A DNA stretch of 64,000 nucleotides from Octopus sinensis (lineage: Eukaryota): the NCBI RefSeq assembly GCF_006345805.1, contig NC_043008.1:70122001-70186000 (forward strand), written 5' to 3'. Made by a program: the position numbers and the translations under genes. Under the pieces are notes generated by a model, which was not told the DNA's origin, made no database searches, and saw only the letters and a program-made list of their open reading frames with translations. The stretch's first letter is position 1. The number at the start of each line of letters is the position of its first letter. Of the stretch, positions 1-13,540 are shown one piece after another.

Positions 1-491
1 AAGCACTGTGGGCAGTGTAATCAACTAATTCCCTCCTACAAAATTTCAAGCCTTGTGCCTATAGTAAAAAGGCTCCACTCTCTCTCTCTCTCTTGTGGTA
101 ACCCATGTATCCTCCGTTACTGCAAAACATCTATTTCTGTCCTTCTACTTATGCACTAATCTCTCATCTCGCACAGAGCCACTTTCCTCAATACTACTCA
201 GCCTCAGTTTAGGTGACCTTGTCTTGTAAATTATTTGGTGAACTCACTGTTGTTGGGGTCATGTCAAAAGCATCCAGTACACTCTGTAAAGTGTTGGCAT
301 CAGAAAGGGCATCCAGCTGTAGAAATCATGTCCAAGCAGACAGTGGAGCTTGGTGCATTTTTCCGTATTGCCAGTACCTATCAAACTGTCAAACCCATGC
401 CAGCATTGAAAACAGGTGTTAAATTATTATTATTGTTATTATTATTATTATTATTATTATTAATATATTGTTTTTTGTTCCTTTATTTTAG

Positions 492-616
492 CCTTTGCTC
501 AATATGAAGACAATGCACCTATTCCACGGTTTAACCCGTCTCCTACCAATGTGACATTTCGAAGAGGAGAAACTGCAATCCTTCACTGTTCAATAGAGAA
601 CTTGGGCACCAAAACA
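492..616 (+). CDS. Internal coding exon of Dpr/ZIG-8-like Ig-superfamily gene (N-terminal half of Ig1)
   Basis: Acceptor ttgttcctttattttag ends at 491 and donor gtgagt starts at 617. Reads (x)FAQYEDNAPIPRFNPSPTNVTFRRGETAILHCSIENLGTKT, matching the P-x-F...NVT...G-x-TA-x-L-x-C-x-I-x-NLG-x-K start of Dpr/ZIG-8/lachesin Ig1. Phase 1 in, phase 0 out. The signal-peptide exon must lie upstream of the window. Confidence 0.9.
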
Positions 617-2789
617 GTGAGTATTTTGTTTGCATTCTAAGTTTTCCTTCTTTTAAACAATCAACATCTCTTTCTCTTTTACAATGAATAGTTGAAATGT
701 TATATTTCTTTCTTTCTCTTTTTTCCTTTCTGTCTGTCTTTCTTTCTTTCTTTCTTTCTTCTTCTTCTTTTTCTCATTTTTCTTCTTCTTCTTCTTCTTC
801 TAAACATTTTCATACATATAAACACACACACACACACTCTCTCTCCTTACTTTCCCTCTTGCTCTACCTTCCCTGCACACTCTGTCTCAAGTGTTCTCTC
901 TCTCAAACACACACTCACTCACTCACTCTATCTTGTGCATATGCATACACACTCACTCTCTACATACACACACACTTGCTTGTACACATGCAATTCTCAA
1001 AGAATGGTAAAAATTCTTCCTTTCCTGCTGCTCCATTAGTAGATTATTTAAAGGGAAGTTATCTTTTATCATTTTCCCTTACCAACTCCACACCTGAACA
1101 CTCATACACATGCACAAACATACCTACAATTACAGGCAAACACACACATGAAATCAATGCCGTTTATTTTAACCAGAACCACACAAAAATCTTAAATCTA
1201 TGATTCCAAAAACAAAACCATATTCAACGTAAGACAAGGAATTTTTACATTTTCGTAAATGAATTTCGAATTCCATTTGAAGGGGCATTTTAATAAAATT
1301 AGAATTTTCTGGTATTTTTGCTTTAGAAATTTCAATTAGAGAAATAGAAATTATGTTATAGAAGAATGTTCCGGAGTAATATGAAGAATGGTTCACTCAT
1401 TTTAGAGGGGGGCGGTGGTTGATGATGATAACCTGCAATTAATTAGAAAGTGGGCTCTTCCTATATTTTTGGAGATTCCGGTTCCATTTTGATGTTTATT
1501 TTTGATAATCACAGGAGATTGTTATACCTTCAAATAGTATGTGTAGCTGTGTGTATGTGTGTGGGTGCGTGCGTGGGTGCGTGCGTGGGTGCGTGCACCC
1601 GACTGTCTGTTTCATTCTTTCAGTCTCTCTCTCTCTGTATGTGTGTGTCTGATGATTGTAGCAGTCCACAAATAAGAAAAAAATTCTATGTTAAAAACAG
1701 GGTAACAAATAATTAGATTTATTCATATTTTACAAAATAGCCACACTGTTTCAGCAAAGCAAATATTCCCAAGCTTTATCAGAAAATATATATAGTCTAA
1801 ACCATGGCAGCATGGAAAACAGACGTTAAATAATGATATATATATATATATATATACAAAATGGATTCTCCTGTTGGAGACGATGTATAAGTGTTCAGCT
1901 TTTACCAAACGACCTACACAAATGATTTTGTTTTTGATGATCAAATGTATGTGTGGTATATTATCTCACATGCTCCATCAAATCTCTGTTGCCTAAACAG
2001 GTGCGCTGTGCACCACACATCAAGTGTCAAAGTGATTGCAGAGTGACATGAGAAGAAGTGTTTTTCTCAAGAACACAGTGCACCACTTGGTCTAGGAATT
2101 GAAACCTTGATCTTACAATCATGAGTGCAGCATCCTAACCACTAGGCCATTATCTTCATCATTTTACTTTTGTTATTCATGCTGGTATAGGTTAAAGGAG
2201 TAGTTGTGATCCAAGTCAGTTCATATTTGGTTTTATTGTTTTTTTAGATTAATCTGTGAAGCATATCTCACTGGTACATATAAGTTTGACTTGATTTCTA
2301 TCGTCGGGTGCACTTCTTAACCCCAGTCACTTCACCAAGTGCATTAAGTATATTTTATTATTGTACTAGCTCTAGAGATGTTGTTATGACCTCATCAAGG
2401 TCAAATGATCCTCTTGGTCCAACATTGACCAACCACATTACATTGATTACTGAGTAAATTTTATTGTGGTACCGGCATTTGTAAGATTATCTTGTACTTC
2501 AAAAGACTAAAGAGTCTTTATTACAATGTCCGTTTACTCAAGACTACATGACTGATTAGGTGAACAGAAGAGTGAATAATGACAGAAGGAAAACCAGGAT
2601 TGTTGATTAAAGGAGGCAAGAATATGATGGTAGGAACATAATGATTGAGGTAAAGGGTTGGTTGAAGAGTTAGAGAATAATAGACAATAACTGAGGTAGC
2701 CCATGGTGACAGAGAGTGATGAATGTCAATATCAAGTCACCTGGGGAAGAGAGAGTGATAAGTGACAGATCAGAAAAGGTGTTGATTGA

Positions 2790-3130
2790 TGCATTGGTTA
2801 CAAACATAATAAATGCAATCTCTTATACATAAATTTCATAATGGAATCTATGAAAAAGAATAAAAAATGGTGACAGAAGGAATTGAATATGCATAGTTCC
2901 ATTATGGCTTGATCCAGTGACATCCCTTGTTATTCAGGAGGTACAAGGAATAGGGAAGAATGTGTCATAGCGATGAGATGGCTAGAGATGTTCAATACCA
3001 TCTTTAGTCACACAAGCAGTATAGTATGGTAAATATAAGAAAGAGTGAGTGAAGAGACGATGAGTGGACCTCAGAGACAGGGAAGGAAGCAGATGTAAGT
3101 TCAACTGGGTCATAACAGTGGAGAGACCCA
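2790..3130 (-). mobile_element. Very degraded LINE 3' fragment (CR1/L2/Jockey-like)
   Basis: Minus-strand remnants such as LPSLSLRSTHRLFTHSFLY..YY resemble the C-terminus of CR1/L2 ORF2. Many stops. Confidence 0.35.
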
Positions 3131-3141
3131 CATGTATGCAC

Positions 3142-3181
<40 letters not shown>

Positions 3182-3184
3182 ACA

Positions 3185-3394
3185 CGAGTGGGTGCTGAAA
3201 AGTTCCTGGATTTGGGTAAAAGAAAATACAGGAGGATCAGTTAATTATAATTTTATTCAAGATATTCCCCTCTCAGGTTCACACACTTAGCAGTCCTTCA
3301 GTTTTTCTAAGCCTTTTAAAAGAACTTGGAAGGTTGGGCCTCTAACCAGGCCTTTCATGATATCCTTAAAACCAGGAACTTTTCACCATCAGTG
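3185..3394. mobile_element. Mariner-derived MITE (~210 bp)
   Basis: Terminal inverted repeats gctgaaaagttcctgg / ccaggaacttttcacc. A second copy in the opposite orientation lies at 58510-58690. Confidence 0.75.
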
Positions 3395-3439
3395 TATGTA
3401 TGGGTGTGTGTATTTTATGCATTATGTCACCTAGCCTTC

Positions 3440-3950
3440 ACCACTACAATCATTTTCAACATTTGTTTTTACTATGTTTGCATGGGTGGACAGCTCATCT
3501 CGTGTGCTATCTACTGACCATCATCCTTTCCCTGAGATCAGTCTTCACCAATGCATCCCATGTCTTCATGGGTCTCCCTCATCTTCATATTCCATCAACT
3601 TTGAGCACAGCTACACTTCATTACTCAACTGTCATCCTCTGCCTATTACATGCTCATACAAGTGCATTCTTTACTCTCACACATTACACCACATTCTTCT
3701 TATATCCAGGTTTCCTCTCAGCTCCTTCGTCATTTGTTGTTCATGCCCATTAACATTACATCTATTACATGTCAAGCAAATCCTGTTTGCTTCGTTTCCT
3801 TCAAGTCTTTGTAAACTCTGTTTAAAGTTCAATGTCTCATTACTGTACAGCTTCGCGTTTTGTATGCAAGCACTCTACAATCTGCTTTTCACTGAGAAAG
3901 AAACCTTTTGTTGCCAGCAGAAGAGCTCCCTGACCTTTTCCCACTCTCTT
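3440..3950 (-). mobile_element. Degraded RTE-clade LINE, RT C-terminal/3' fragment
   Basis: Minus-strand remnants (WEKVREL, KSRL, ACIQNAKLYSNET, LQRLEGNEA, RMHLYEHV) follow the order of RTE motifs WxKFREL, KGRLYxACV, LYGSETW, RLERNE, RLRWYGHV. Confidence 0.7.
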
Positions 3951-4075
3951 CTTAATTAAAATTTATAATTGGAAATGGCCTCTTTCAGCTTATTCACACA
4001 CACACACACACACGTGTATGTGTGCCTGTCTGTGTTTTTGTACATGTGCGTGTATACACACACACACACACACAC

Positions 4076-4108
<33 letters not shown>

Positions 4109-4109
4109 C

Positions 4110-5745
4110 AGGTCATTAAGATTTTGAACTGAAAGTTTATTTTACTTTATCTCAACAAAAAGCAATGCAGTTAATCAAAGTAGGCACCTAAATTATCAAC
4201 ACAATTTTGCCATTTTATCGATAGCTTATTTATGCCAGCAGCGAAGAATTCTGGAGAGCAAGAGGTGATGAAATCACGAAAGGCTGTTTTTGCATTTTCT
4301 TCAGATTTGAAGTTTTTTCCTTGCAAAAAGTTGTCTAATGCTTAGAAAATGTGATAGTTGGTGCAGGTCTGGTGAATATGGTGGATGATAGAGTACTTCT
4401 AAGTTCAGCTCCTGTAACTTGAGTAGCGTTCTTTGTGCAACATGTGGTCGAGTATTGTCATGCAAGAGCATTGACCAATCTCGGCTGTTTAATTGCAAGT
4501 TCATTCATCATTTCATCCAATTGGTTGATGTATACATCTGCTGTAATTGACTTACCAGATCTCATGAAGATGTCATGGATGACACCAGCAATGGACCACC
4601 AAAGAGACACCATTAGCTTTTTTTTGGTGAATATTCTTTTTCTGGATTGTGTTTTGACACTTTGTTTCTATCCAACCCCCTTGCAGAACCCGTGCGTTTC
4701 TATTCCATCTCAATCACAGATTTATAAATTTTTTTAACTAAACAGTTTGAAACTTTGAATACTGGTAGACTTTCTCATGTAGAACACAGTTTACTGTGAA
4801 CATTTTAGACAAAATTTTGTATTTTAGAAGTTATTTCGTGTTAAAGTTGTCATATTCCGGTAATTTCAACCAGTCAACAATGTGTATTCGGTTGAAGAAA
4901 GCTACTGCTGTTTGTAATAGTAATTGAAGAGGAACAACTTCTGGGTCATCTCTACTAAATGTCACTACTCTGTTTTATTTGTATGATGAGTGAAAACTAT
5001 GTTACCTTTATCTTTTCTTCCTTTCTAGTCAACACCGTACATTTCTTACTCTTTCCCTCCCTTCTACACTATGAACTAGCAACCAGCAAGCGAACTTGTC
5101 ACTGCCTCTACAATTACCATATTTTCTAGTGTGTAAGCTGCTATTTGTTTTGTTTTACCTTCATGTTTTGATTATGTTATTTTTTATGTAATAAAGACTT
5201 TTATATTAATGAAATGTATTTGTTGTTGATTATAGTAAGATAAAATCATGACAACAACAATACATCTCATAGTTGTAAAATAAGGCATTTTGAAACTACA
5301 TATATGTTAACAACAAAAAAGCTAGCTGTGGACTCGTTGCTCTGTGGTGTTGATTCTTCAAACAGAGTGGTAACATTTAGTAGAGATGACCTGGAAGTTG
5401 TTCCTCTTCGATAACTATCGTGAACAGCAGTAGCTTTCTTCAACTGAATACACGTCATTGATTGGTTGAAATTACTCAAATATGACAACTTTAACATGAA
5501 ATAACTTCTAAAATATGAAATTTTGTCAACAACATTCAAAGTGAACCATGTTCTATATAAGAATTCTACTAGCATTCAAAGTTTCAAACTGGTTTAGTTT
5601 AAAAAAATTAATTAAAAAATCTGTGATTGAGATGGAATAGGTCCACACTTGCTATTGAAAAGAATCCATTTTTCATCACAATTAACAATACAATGCCAAA
5701 ATGGTTCGCTTTTATGCCAAACCGACAAAGAACAGCCAGTTTTAA
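4110..5745 (-). mobile_element. Mariner (DD34D) transposase pseudogene, interrupted by insertion 4700-5640
   Basis: HKSEPFWHCIVNCDEKWILF (about 5655-5715), then past the insertion LMVSLWWSIAGVIH, LLHDNTRPHVAQRT and LYHPPYSPDL, all mariner catalytic-domain motifs. Confidence 0.88.
4700..5640. mobile_element. Non-autonomous fold-back element with ~280-bp imperfect terminal inverted repeats
   Basis: 4700-4975 (ctattccatctcaatcacagattt...gtcatctctactaaatgtcactactctgttt) is the reverse complement of 5360-5640 (aaacagagtggtaacatttagtagagatgac...aatctgtgattgagatggaatag). Confidence 0.85.
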
Positions 5746-5769
5746 GACAATGTGTCATTTACACTTCTA

Positions 5770-5933
5770 TATTTAAGAGATGAAAAATTATATCATTTAC
5801 ATTATTTACATTCGCCAGATATTTGTCCTCATCTTGTTTATTGTTAACACGTTTCGGCTGATATACCCTCCAGCCTTCTTGGGGAAATTTCAAACCTGGG
5901 TTCTCATTCCTAGGGTATTTTTTGATGTTGTTG

Positions 5934-5988
<55 letters not shown>

Positions 5989-6062
5989 TCAGGTCACTGC
6001 TTGGAATCAAGCTCAGAATCTTGGGGTTAGTAGCCCATGCTCTTAACCACTACGCCATATGC
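5770..6062 (-). mobile_element. tRNA-headed SINE-like element with a decayed hammerhead-like segment
   Basis: Minus strand begins ggcatatggcgtagtggttaagagc (A-box) with a degenerate B-box, then (AAT)n, then GGCTG-gagggtatat-CAGCC-GAAAC. Confidence 0.6.
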
Positions 6063-8749
6063 CCGTAGTGGTTATATAAAAATACAGAAACACATATACA
6101 CACACATAATCATTTAATATATACATGCACGAATGTGTTTATATGTATATGAAAGAATACACACAGGTATATGTGTGTGTGTGTGTGTGTGTGTGTTTGG
6201 GTGTGTGTACTTTCTTGCAAAACATAAACGTATGTTCATGTCCAATTTCATTTGCATAGCAGTTTTCCTAAACATATACACATATACATGCATTCACATA
6301 CTCATATACACATGCACATACATACACACATACATACATATTACATTTGTAGTTCACCCCTAAAGAGGATGTTTTCAACAACAAGGTCTAATTTAACATC
6401 CCTTTACTCCATCTTAACTTATTCATTTGTTCCCCTTGGGTTTATCCAGGTAACTGCACCACATTGATGAGACTGAAGAAATGAAGGGAAAAAAACCCCT
6501 TTAGGGACTCAAATTTGTCTTGATTGGCTTACTTCCTGTTGCAGTCGAATTGGTGCCAGGTATATTTCTGTGCTTCATGCTGGATCGCACTGAGGATATG
6601 CAACATGTAATAGAATATTATCAATGCTGATGTAATAAACCTCAAAGGGCTTTTAAGTTCTTCTGTTTAACTTTGATTACATGGTGGCATTAAGCTGATG
6701 TGATATAAACCAGCCTCTGGAGAGAATGCTAGCCCTATTTCCAATAACTTTCTTAAATCATTTAATGTTATCCGGTTCAGTCGGAAGTTGTGTGAATTGG
6801 TGTGGTTCAATGAAGTGCACTGTCCAAATTTAATTAGATAATGTCTACTATGCATTTAGATTGAAAATCTAGGAGTTGGTTTTCACTCTGTTTCATTTAT
6901 GTTTTTAGTTCAAATCCTGGCTAAGTAGAGATTTTTTTTTCTCATCCACTCAGCTGTTTGGTTTCTTTTATAATAAAGCAGGCCCTTGATTTGTTAAGAA
7001 AGATTATTGAATAATAAAACAGCGCCGATAACTTCACATACTGTATACTTAGGATGTTTAATCTAGATGTAATGTTGAAGCATCTAGGACTGAATGAACT
7101 GACCAAAGAATACAATTACAACAACTATAAGGTGACTAGTCAAGGCAAGTAAGATCATAGTCATGGCTGATGCTGGTGTCAGGTCTATGGCACCCATTCC
7201 TGTGGCACATAAAAAGGATCCTCTACATTCTTGGAATGGTTGGTGTTAGGAAAGGCATCTAGCCATAGAAATTATGCTAAATCAGATTGGAACCTGATCC
7301 AGCTCCCCGGCTTACCAGCTTTTGGTCAAACCATCCAACCCATGCCAGCATGGAGAGCAGACATTATATGATGATGATGAGGATGATGAAATATTGGCTT
7401 GAATATCTCATGATATTTGTTCTCATTGCACAATAAGTCTGAATTTTGCTTGGGTCACATTTGCCTTATATTCTTTTGGGATTGATGAAATAAACCAAGC
7501 ATGGCTGTGTGGTTAAGAAGCTCACTTTGCAACTACATGGTTTTAGGATCAGTCCCACTGCACAGCAGCTTAGGCAAGTACCTTCTACTCTAGCCCCAGG
7601 TCAATCAAGTCCTTGTGAGGGTATTTTGTCGATGGAAACCATGGAAGTATATCATATACAGGATATTCAGGTTAATAGTTGCTATCTTTTGGTTTTTCAA
7701 AGTACTTTTAGTTTTGGGTAGAATATTGTTTTTTTTTTTTTCCTTTTATGTAAACTGTTGAATTTAGCTCAAACACCTTGTGTATGTGTGTGTGTGCACA
7801 TGCTCGCACATGTGTATGTCTTGGTGCCAGTTTCCCATACCCTACTATTTGACAACCAGTGTTGGTTTGTTTATATCTCCATAGCTTAGTAGTTCAGTAA
7901 AAGAGACTGAAAAAGTACCAAACTTTAAAAAAAAGTACTGGGGGCGATTTGCTCAACTAAACACATCAAAGCATTGCTTTAGCTTGGCCACAGTTCAATC
8001 ACTGAAACAAATAAAAAATGAAAAATAGTAATACAGGGGAATAGATTATGGAATTAATTTCCAGCCCTCTTCATTTTGAGTTCAAATCCAATCATGGTCC
8101 ACTTCAGTGCTAGACTTAATCATTCATCCAGTTGAGCACTGTAACATAGTCCCTTGGTTACCCTTACCAGATTCTACTCTGTTGCAAGCATTCAGGTCTC
8201 CTGTTTGAGGCTACCTCCTTCCCTCCTACTAATCTCGGAGGCCTTGTGAAGGGTCATGCGCCCAGCTCCTCCATCTTGACTAAGAAGTAGTAGTAGTAGT
8301 AATAGTACTAGTAGGGGATCATGTGCCGTGAAAGTGCCTTGCTGCATCCACCATGTATTGGTGATTCCCTACTACTCCTAGCAGATGACACATTTGCACC
8401 ACTCAGGCAACAACCCTCCAACCCATCAGTTTGTTTGGGTCATCATTGCTGGTGAGGGCTTTACAGGGCTGGATTGTAAATCCTACCTCAACCTCTTTTA
8501 GTTGCCTTTTATGACAAGAAACATTGGGTCTAATCTCTAACATGCTGATCCCCACACACAGAAGCAATATGAAATTAAATGTCTTGCTCAAAAGCACATG
8601 CATCCTGGTCTGGGAATCAAACCTACAATCTGGTGATTGTGAGTGCAACACCCTAACCACTAGGCTAAGCACCTTCAATAAAAATATGAAGTTTGTTATA
8701 GACTCACTTGACTCGCTAGAAATAGCAGCCAAATCTCTCTCAAATGATA

Positions 8750-9151
8750 GCTTTCAGCAGAAATCAAACCATGAAGAATTTGAACTCTGAACATAAAGAT
8801 AAACAAAACTCCACTAAGCATTTCATCCAGTATGGTAACGATTCTGCCAGTTTGCTGCCTTAATAATAATAATAATAATAATAATAATTATAATAATAAT
8901 AATAATAATAATAATAATTTCAGATTTTGTCACAAGGCCAGCAATTTCGGGGGAGTGGTAAATCCACTATATTAACCCCACTACTCAAGTGGTTCTTATT
9001 TTATCAACTCTGAAAGTATGAAAGGCAAAGGTCAACTCTGAGAGAATTTGAACTCAGAATGTCAAGATGGATGAAATGCCATTAAACATTTCACCCAGCA
9101 TGCTAACAGTCATGCCTACTTGCTACCTTAACAATAATAATAATAATGATG

Positions 9152-9191
<40 letters not shown>

Positions 9192-9330
9192 TGATGATGA
9201 AGGTTTCACATTTTGGCCTAAGGCCAGTAAATCTAAGGGTAGGTGTCAGACACCAATACTTGACTGATACTTTTATGAATCCTGGAGAGATGAACAGTAA
9301 ATTGACTTCAGCAGGATTTCAACTCAGAGC
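8750..9330 (-). mobile_element. Tandem cluster of family-A tRNA-derived SINE copies separated by (AAT)n
   Basis: Repeated gaatttgaactc (B-box complement) and gaaaggcaaag core blocks between (AAT)n runs. Confidence 0.8.
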
Positions 9331-10099
9331 ACAAGTAGAAATATCAGGGTATGGTACTAACACACTATAATTTATCAAAAGTCTAGGTTGTAGTTATCAC
9401 TAAGATGCAGGGGAATGAATTTATTAGGTATTACCTTAAAGCTGGTTAAATAATGACTACTCATGCATATATATATATATTTAGATAATCACACACATGC
9501 ACACACACGCACACATATATATATGATCATATGTATACATAAATATATTTCTATGTGTATATACATATATGTGTATGTTGTGTTCTTGTGTGTGTATCTT
9601 TCTTTTAAGAGCTCTTCTCAGGGAAACTGAAGAAAATATGTGCTAATGCATCTTTCAAGTTTTTATTACAGGCACACACACACACAGATTGTTAAGAGAA
9701 AGCCAAGGATCAGTCAGTGAAGTTAATTAACCGTTATCAAGCTGTTCATTACATCATGATAGTCTTGCATAAATGTTTGCAGTTTCTGTTGAATTCCTTA
9801 CAAAAGCACCATCTCACATACACTAATTATACAACATCTCCCAAACAATCTCTCATCTCTAGAATTTACAGAAAAATTCTTCCGTAGCTAGATACCACAG
9901 TAAATTCCTCAGATCTTTCCAAGGTTGAAACTGTTCTGGGGTTGTCTGAGATAATTGGTTACTGATGATCTCTCTTACTTCCCATTGCCATCACCTCTCC
10001 TGTCCATTGCTAACCAAAAGGGTGGAAGTTCATATCCAGGTTCTTAAACTTTCCTGATTCTGTACACTCTAGCAATCTGTGTAACTTGAGTGTCAGTGA

Positions 10100-10540
10100 T
10101 ACCTCTGTGCGACATGATTTTTTACTTTGGTTAGTAACTGTTATTTTCTGTTTACTTAGCCATTTTTTTCATACTTTCTAGGGGCGTTTCCTTCAAACTT
10201 TGCTTTCCTTACATTTATTCAAATCCCAAATAATCTCTCTCAATACATGGCTATGATGCTTCCCTATTACTCCTGCTCATGATCAAAGATGCAAATATTG
10301 TCAGCCACTAAGAAACATGCTCAAGTGGTTAAGGTCAAGCAACAAGCAAGCAAATCTGTGGTATTGGGCAGAATATTTGCTATAATGATATTTCTGTTTC
10401 AGCAAGTATTGATGTCAAGGTCAGAAAAAAAAAGCAAAGTTTGAAGGGAATAGTAGTAATTTCCTTTGATTTCTACATAGTAGCAAATAGGAAATAACAC
10501 TTATTAACTGACAACAAAAAGGATAAAAATGTTTTTACTA
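10100..10540. mobile_element. Non-autonomous DNA element; related copies at 26890-27590 (inverted) and core at 36650-37180
   Basis: Shared core ctatgatgctcc..tactcctgctcatgatca..gatgca..tattgtcagccacta..acatgctcaa..tggttaaggtcaagcaa is present in all three copies. The ends of this copy and of 26890-27590 match. Confidence 0.65.
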
Positions 10541-12424
10541 AGAGTAATAACTGCTAGATAATAAAACAATTGCTCCTAATTTAAGAAGAAAGCCAGCAGT
10601 TTCATGGAGAAGAGGCTAGTTGATACCATTTCTATCAGTACTTGTGTACTTTATTTTATCAATTCCAGGATGAAATACAAAGTTGACTTTGGCAGATTTG
10701 AACTCCAACTGTAAAGAGCCAGAAAAAATACCACAACGCATTTCATCTGATGCTCTAACAGTTCTGGCTACTTACTGCCCTATCATAACAATCAAATAAG
10801 GATCATTTCTATCAGAAGTACAAAGTCTATTTTAATCTATTTGAGCCCTTTTGGGGGTTGATATAATAAAGTACCAATCTAGTACTGGAGTTGATGTAAT
10901 CATCAAAACCTTCTCTGCAGCCAAATTTCTGGCCTCGTGCCTATGTTAGAAATAATGATAATTATAAAAGACAGAGAGAGATGGTGGGGAGAAAGATAAC
11001 ATTGATAGACATAAGCAGAAGAGATTGGTTTGTTAATTGAAGTTAGTGTGCAGCTCTTTGATCTGACAATTTACCAATTCTACCATTAACTGTGACCTTT
11101 GACATCAAAACTGTAAATTTATAACTTTTGGCCAAGGCTGTACGTTTAGGTTGGGAAAGTAGCAGACAAATGATGTTGCAGTAAGAAGCTACCTCCCTTT
11201 AAGTTTTTAAGAAAAAAATCTAAAATAGAGTTCAATTTTCAACTATGTTGTACCATCATCATAATCATAAATATTATCTTCCTCATCATCATCATCAACA
11301 TCATCATCATTACTGTCATCATTGATTTTATGTTCCTTTTTCCCATTTTAAAATGGGTTGGTGGGTACTTTCTGAGGCAGTGTTTTTATGGCCAGGTACA
11401 CTTCTTGATAACAATCCTTTCAGTCACATCTCTTACTGGTATGTAAGAGTTAAAAGAAAATTTCTGTAAGACACTGGGGTCAGTTTATCTGTGATAAACT
11501 GGTGTGAAATTGACTGACTGTACCCCTTGCCAATGGTTCAATGCCTTATGCAAAATTGAAACCAATGTAACTCATTGCTTTACGTATGCAGTGCACACAG
11601 GTTAAGTATGATAATGATTTCAAATTTATGCCCAAGGGCAGCAGTTTTGAGGAGAGATGATTAGTCAGTAATATTGACTCCAGTACATGTCTGGTACTGA
11701 CTGGTACTTTATTTTATCAATCTCAAAAGGGTGAAAAGCAAAGCTGACCTTGGTATGATTTGAACTCAGAATGCAAAGTACCAGAAAAAATAATGCAAAG
11801 CATTTTATCCAATGCTCCACTGATTCAGCCAGTCTACTACCCTAGTACTTTGTATAATGATAAATATTGCATCAACTTTACAGCCTGTGCAAGTTGATAA
11901 AGCTCTCTGTGATGCAAGTTAACAGCAAGTTGTTGCAATGAGCAAAAACAAAAACAAAAAATGACTAACAGTTCAAGCAGCAGCAACAACAACAACAACA
12001 AAAAGAGAAACAGCATACAACTATCTAATGCTCTGTATTTGTATGCCTTAGTGAGAGTGGAAGATAATATAACTAAGTATAAATCTGATTAGGAAAGATA
12101 AACTTTGGAAGCGAAGCAGATAAGTTAAATGGAAAGATCTCGTTGAAAACAATTGAGGAGGAAGATGCTGGGCATGTGGCGCCATCACAGAACTGAGATA
12201 GAAAATGAATGATTTATTGTCAAAGAGGAGAATGATTTACTTGAAAGAATTTGAAATGTTTAAGGTAGATTTTCAGGTCGGTACGTTGGCAAGTTAGTAG
12301 GTTTGTTAAGGAGATGTGAGACATAATTAACTTTGGCTTAATTAAATTAACGCAAACTTGCTGAAAATTTTCACGACTCTAATCAACATTACAACAATAG
12401 CAGAGACAGCCACTGGTGTATTTA

Positions 12425-12665
12425 TTTATTGATTGGACGACTAATGATTTTTTCACTGGTTGAATGTGACTAATGACATTTTTGTTTCATTAACTAATGA
12501 CATTTTGAATTGATTGACTGATGACTTTTAAGCTGATTGACTAACAACATTTTAGCTTCATTGACTAATGACATTTTTATTTGATTGACCAATGACATTG
12601 TAGATGGATTGATAAATGACTATTTCAATTGATTGACCAATGACTGATTAATTAGTGACTTTTTA
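12425..12665. repeat. Degenerate minisatellite, ~20-22 bp unit (gattgactaatgacatttt)
   Basis: About ten visible copies of ttgactaatgacattt variants. Confidence 0.8.
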
Positions 12666-12984
12666 GCTATTGTACATACCAGCTTCTGTTTTTTTATTTA
12701 TTTTGGTGTCATATTCTAAACTAAAGTCAGTGGTAGAGTTAAGAGAATGCTACAGATTCAAGTCATATCATTGCCACTATACTGTAATTATTACAGCAAA
12801 GTCAGTGAAACACTTTCTGACTTAGTGCATACAGCCATTAAACAGGTTCTATGAGTAGGTGCACCTTAAAGCTGTAAGCCTAGAATAATTGACATTCATG
12901 TACTTTCATATTCACACACATGCACACACACACTCACACAAATGAATAGATATAGTACTGTGCTTTCCTAGAGGCTTTCTAACA

Positions 12985-13540
12985 AATTTGGGGATACATA
13001 AAAAGTGATGGTTCAAGAAAGTTGGTTAAAATTGATGGTAACTTGAATAGTGCCAAATACATCCAGTTGCTGAAGAACAATTTGAGACGTGACTTTGATG
13101 AAGCTGAGATTTTTCAGCAAGATGGAGCTCCACACCACAGATCACATGCAGCACAACAGAGTCTGGCTGATGAAGGTCTTACCATATTGAAAGATTGGCC
13201 AGCTCAGAGCCCTGGCTTAAATATCATCGAGCAAATATGGACAGAACTAAAGAGAAATGTTTGTCAGAAGAATCCATGCAATCTTGAAGAGTTGTGGGAG
13301 CTCAACCACAGAGGATGGCATCTCACACCTGTGAAGATGGTGAAGGATTTGTACACATCTCTTCCCAGGTGCACTGAAGCAATTATTCAAGCTAAGGGAA
13401 GCCACACAAAATATTAAAAATGTACAGTAACTTCTTGAAAGGAACATCATGTAATAAATTTTCATTATAGACATTTTTCTGTTTTAAAACACTGTATCTT
13501 GATTGGTTTATGTGAGGTGGCCGAAAAATTTTGCACACCC
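12985..13540 (+). mobile_element. Tc1-family (DD34E) transposase 3' fragment
   Basis: ORF 13022-13417 contains IDGNLNSAKYIQLL, FQQDGAPHH, DWPAQSPGLNIIEQIW and LPRCTEAIIQAKGSHTKY. A TIR-like end (gtggccgaaaaattttgcacaccc) lies near 13520-13540. Confidence 0.9.

Noticed and set aside
692-1203. Long ORFs (115 and 168 aa)
   Set aside because: Built from (CTT)n, (CA)n and CT-rich simple repeats just inside the intron; low complexity.
5990-6062. tRNA gene
   Set aside because: A/B-box-like SINE head only; no complete cloverleaf. The same applies to other SINE heads.
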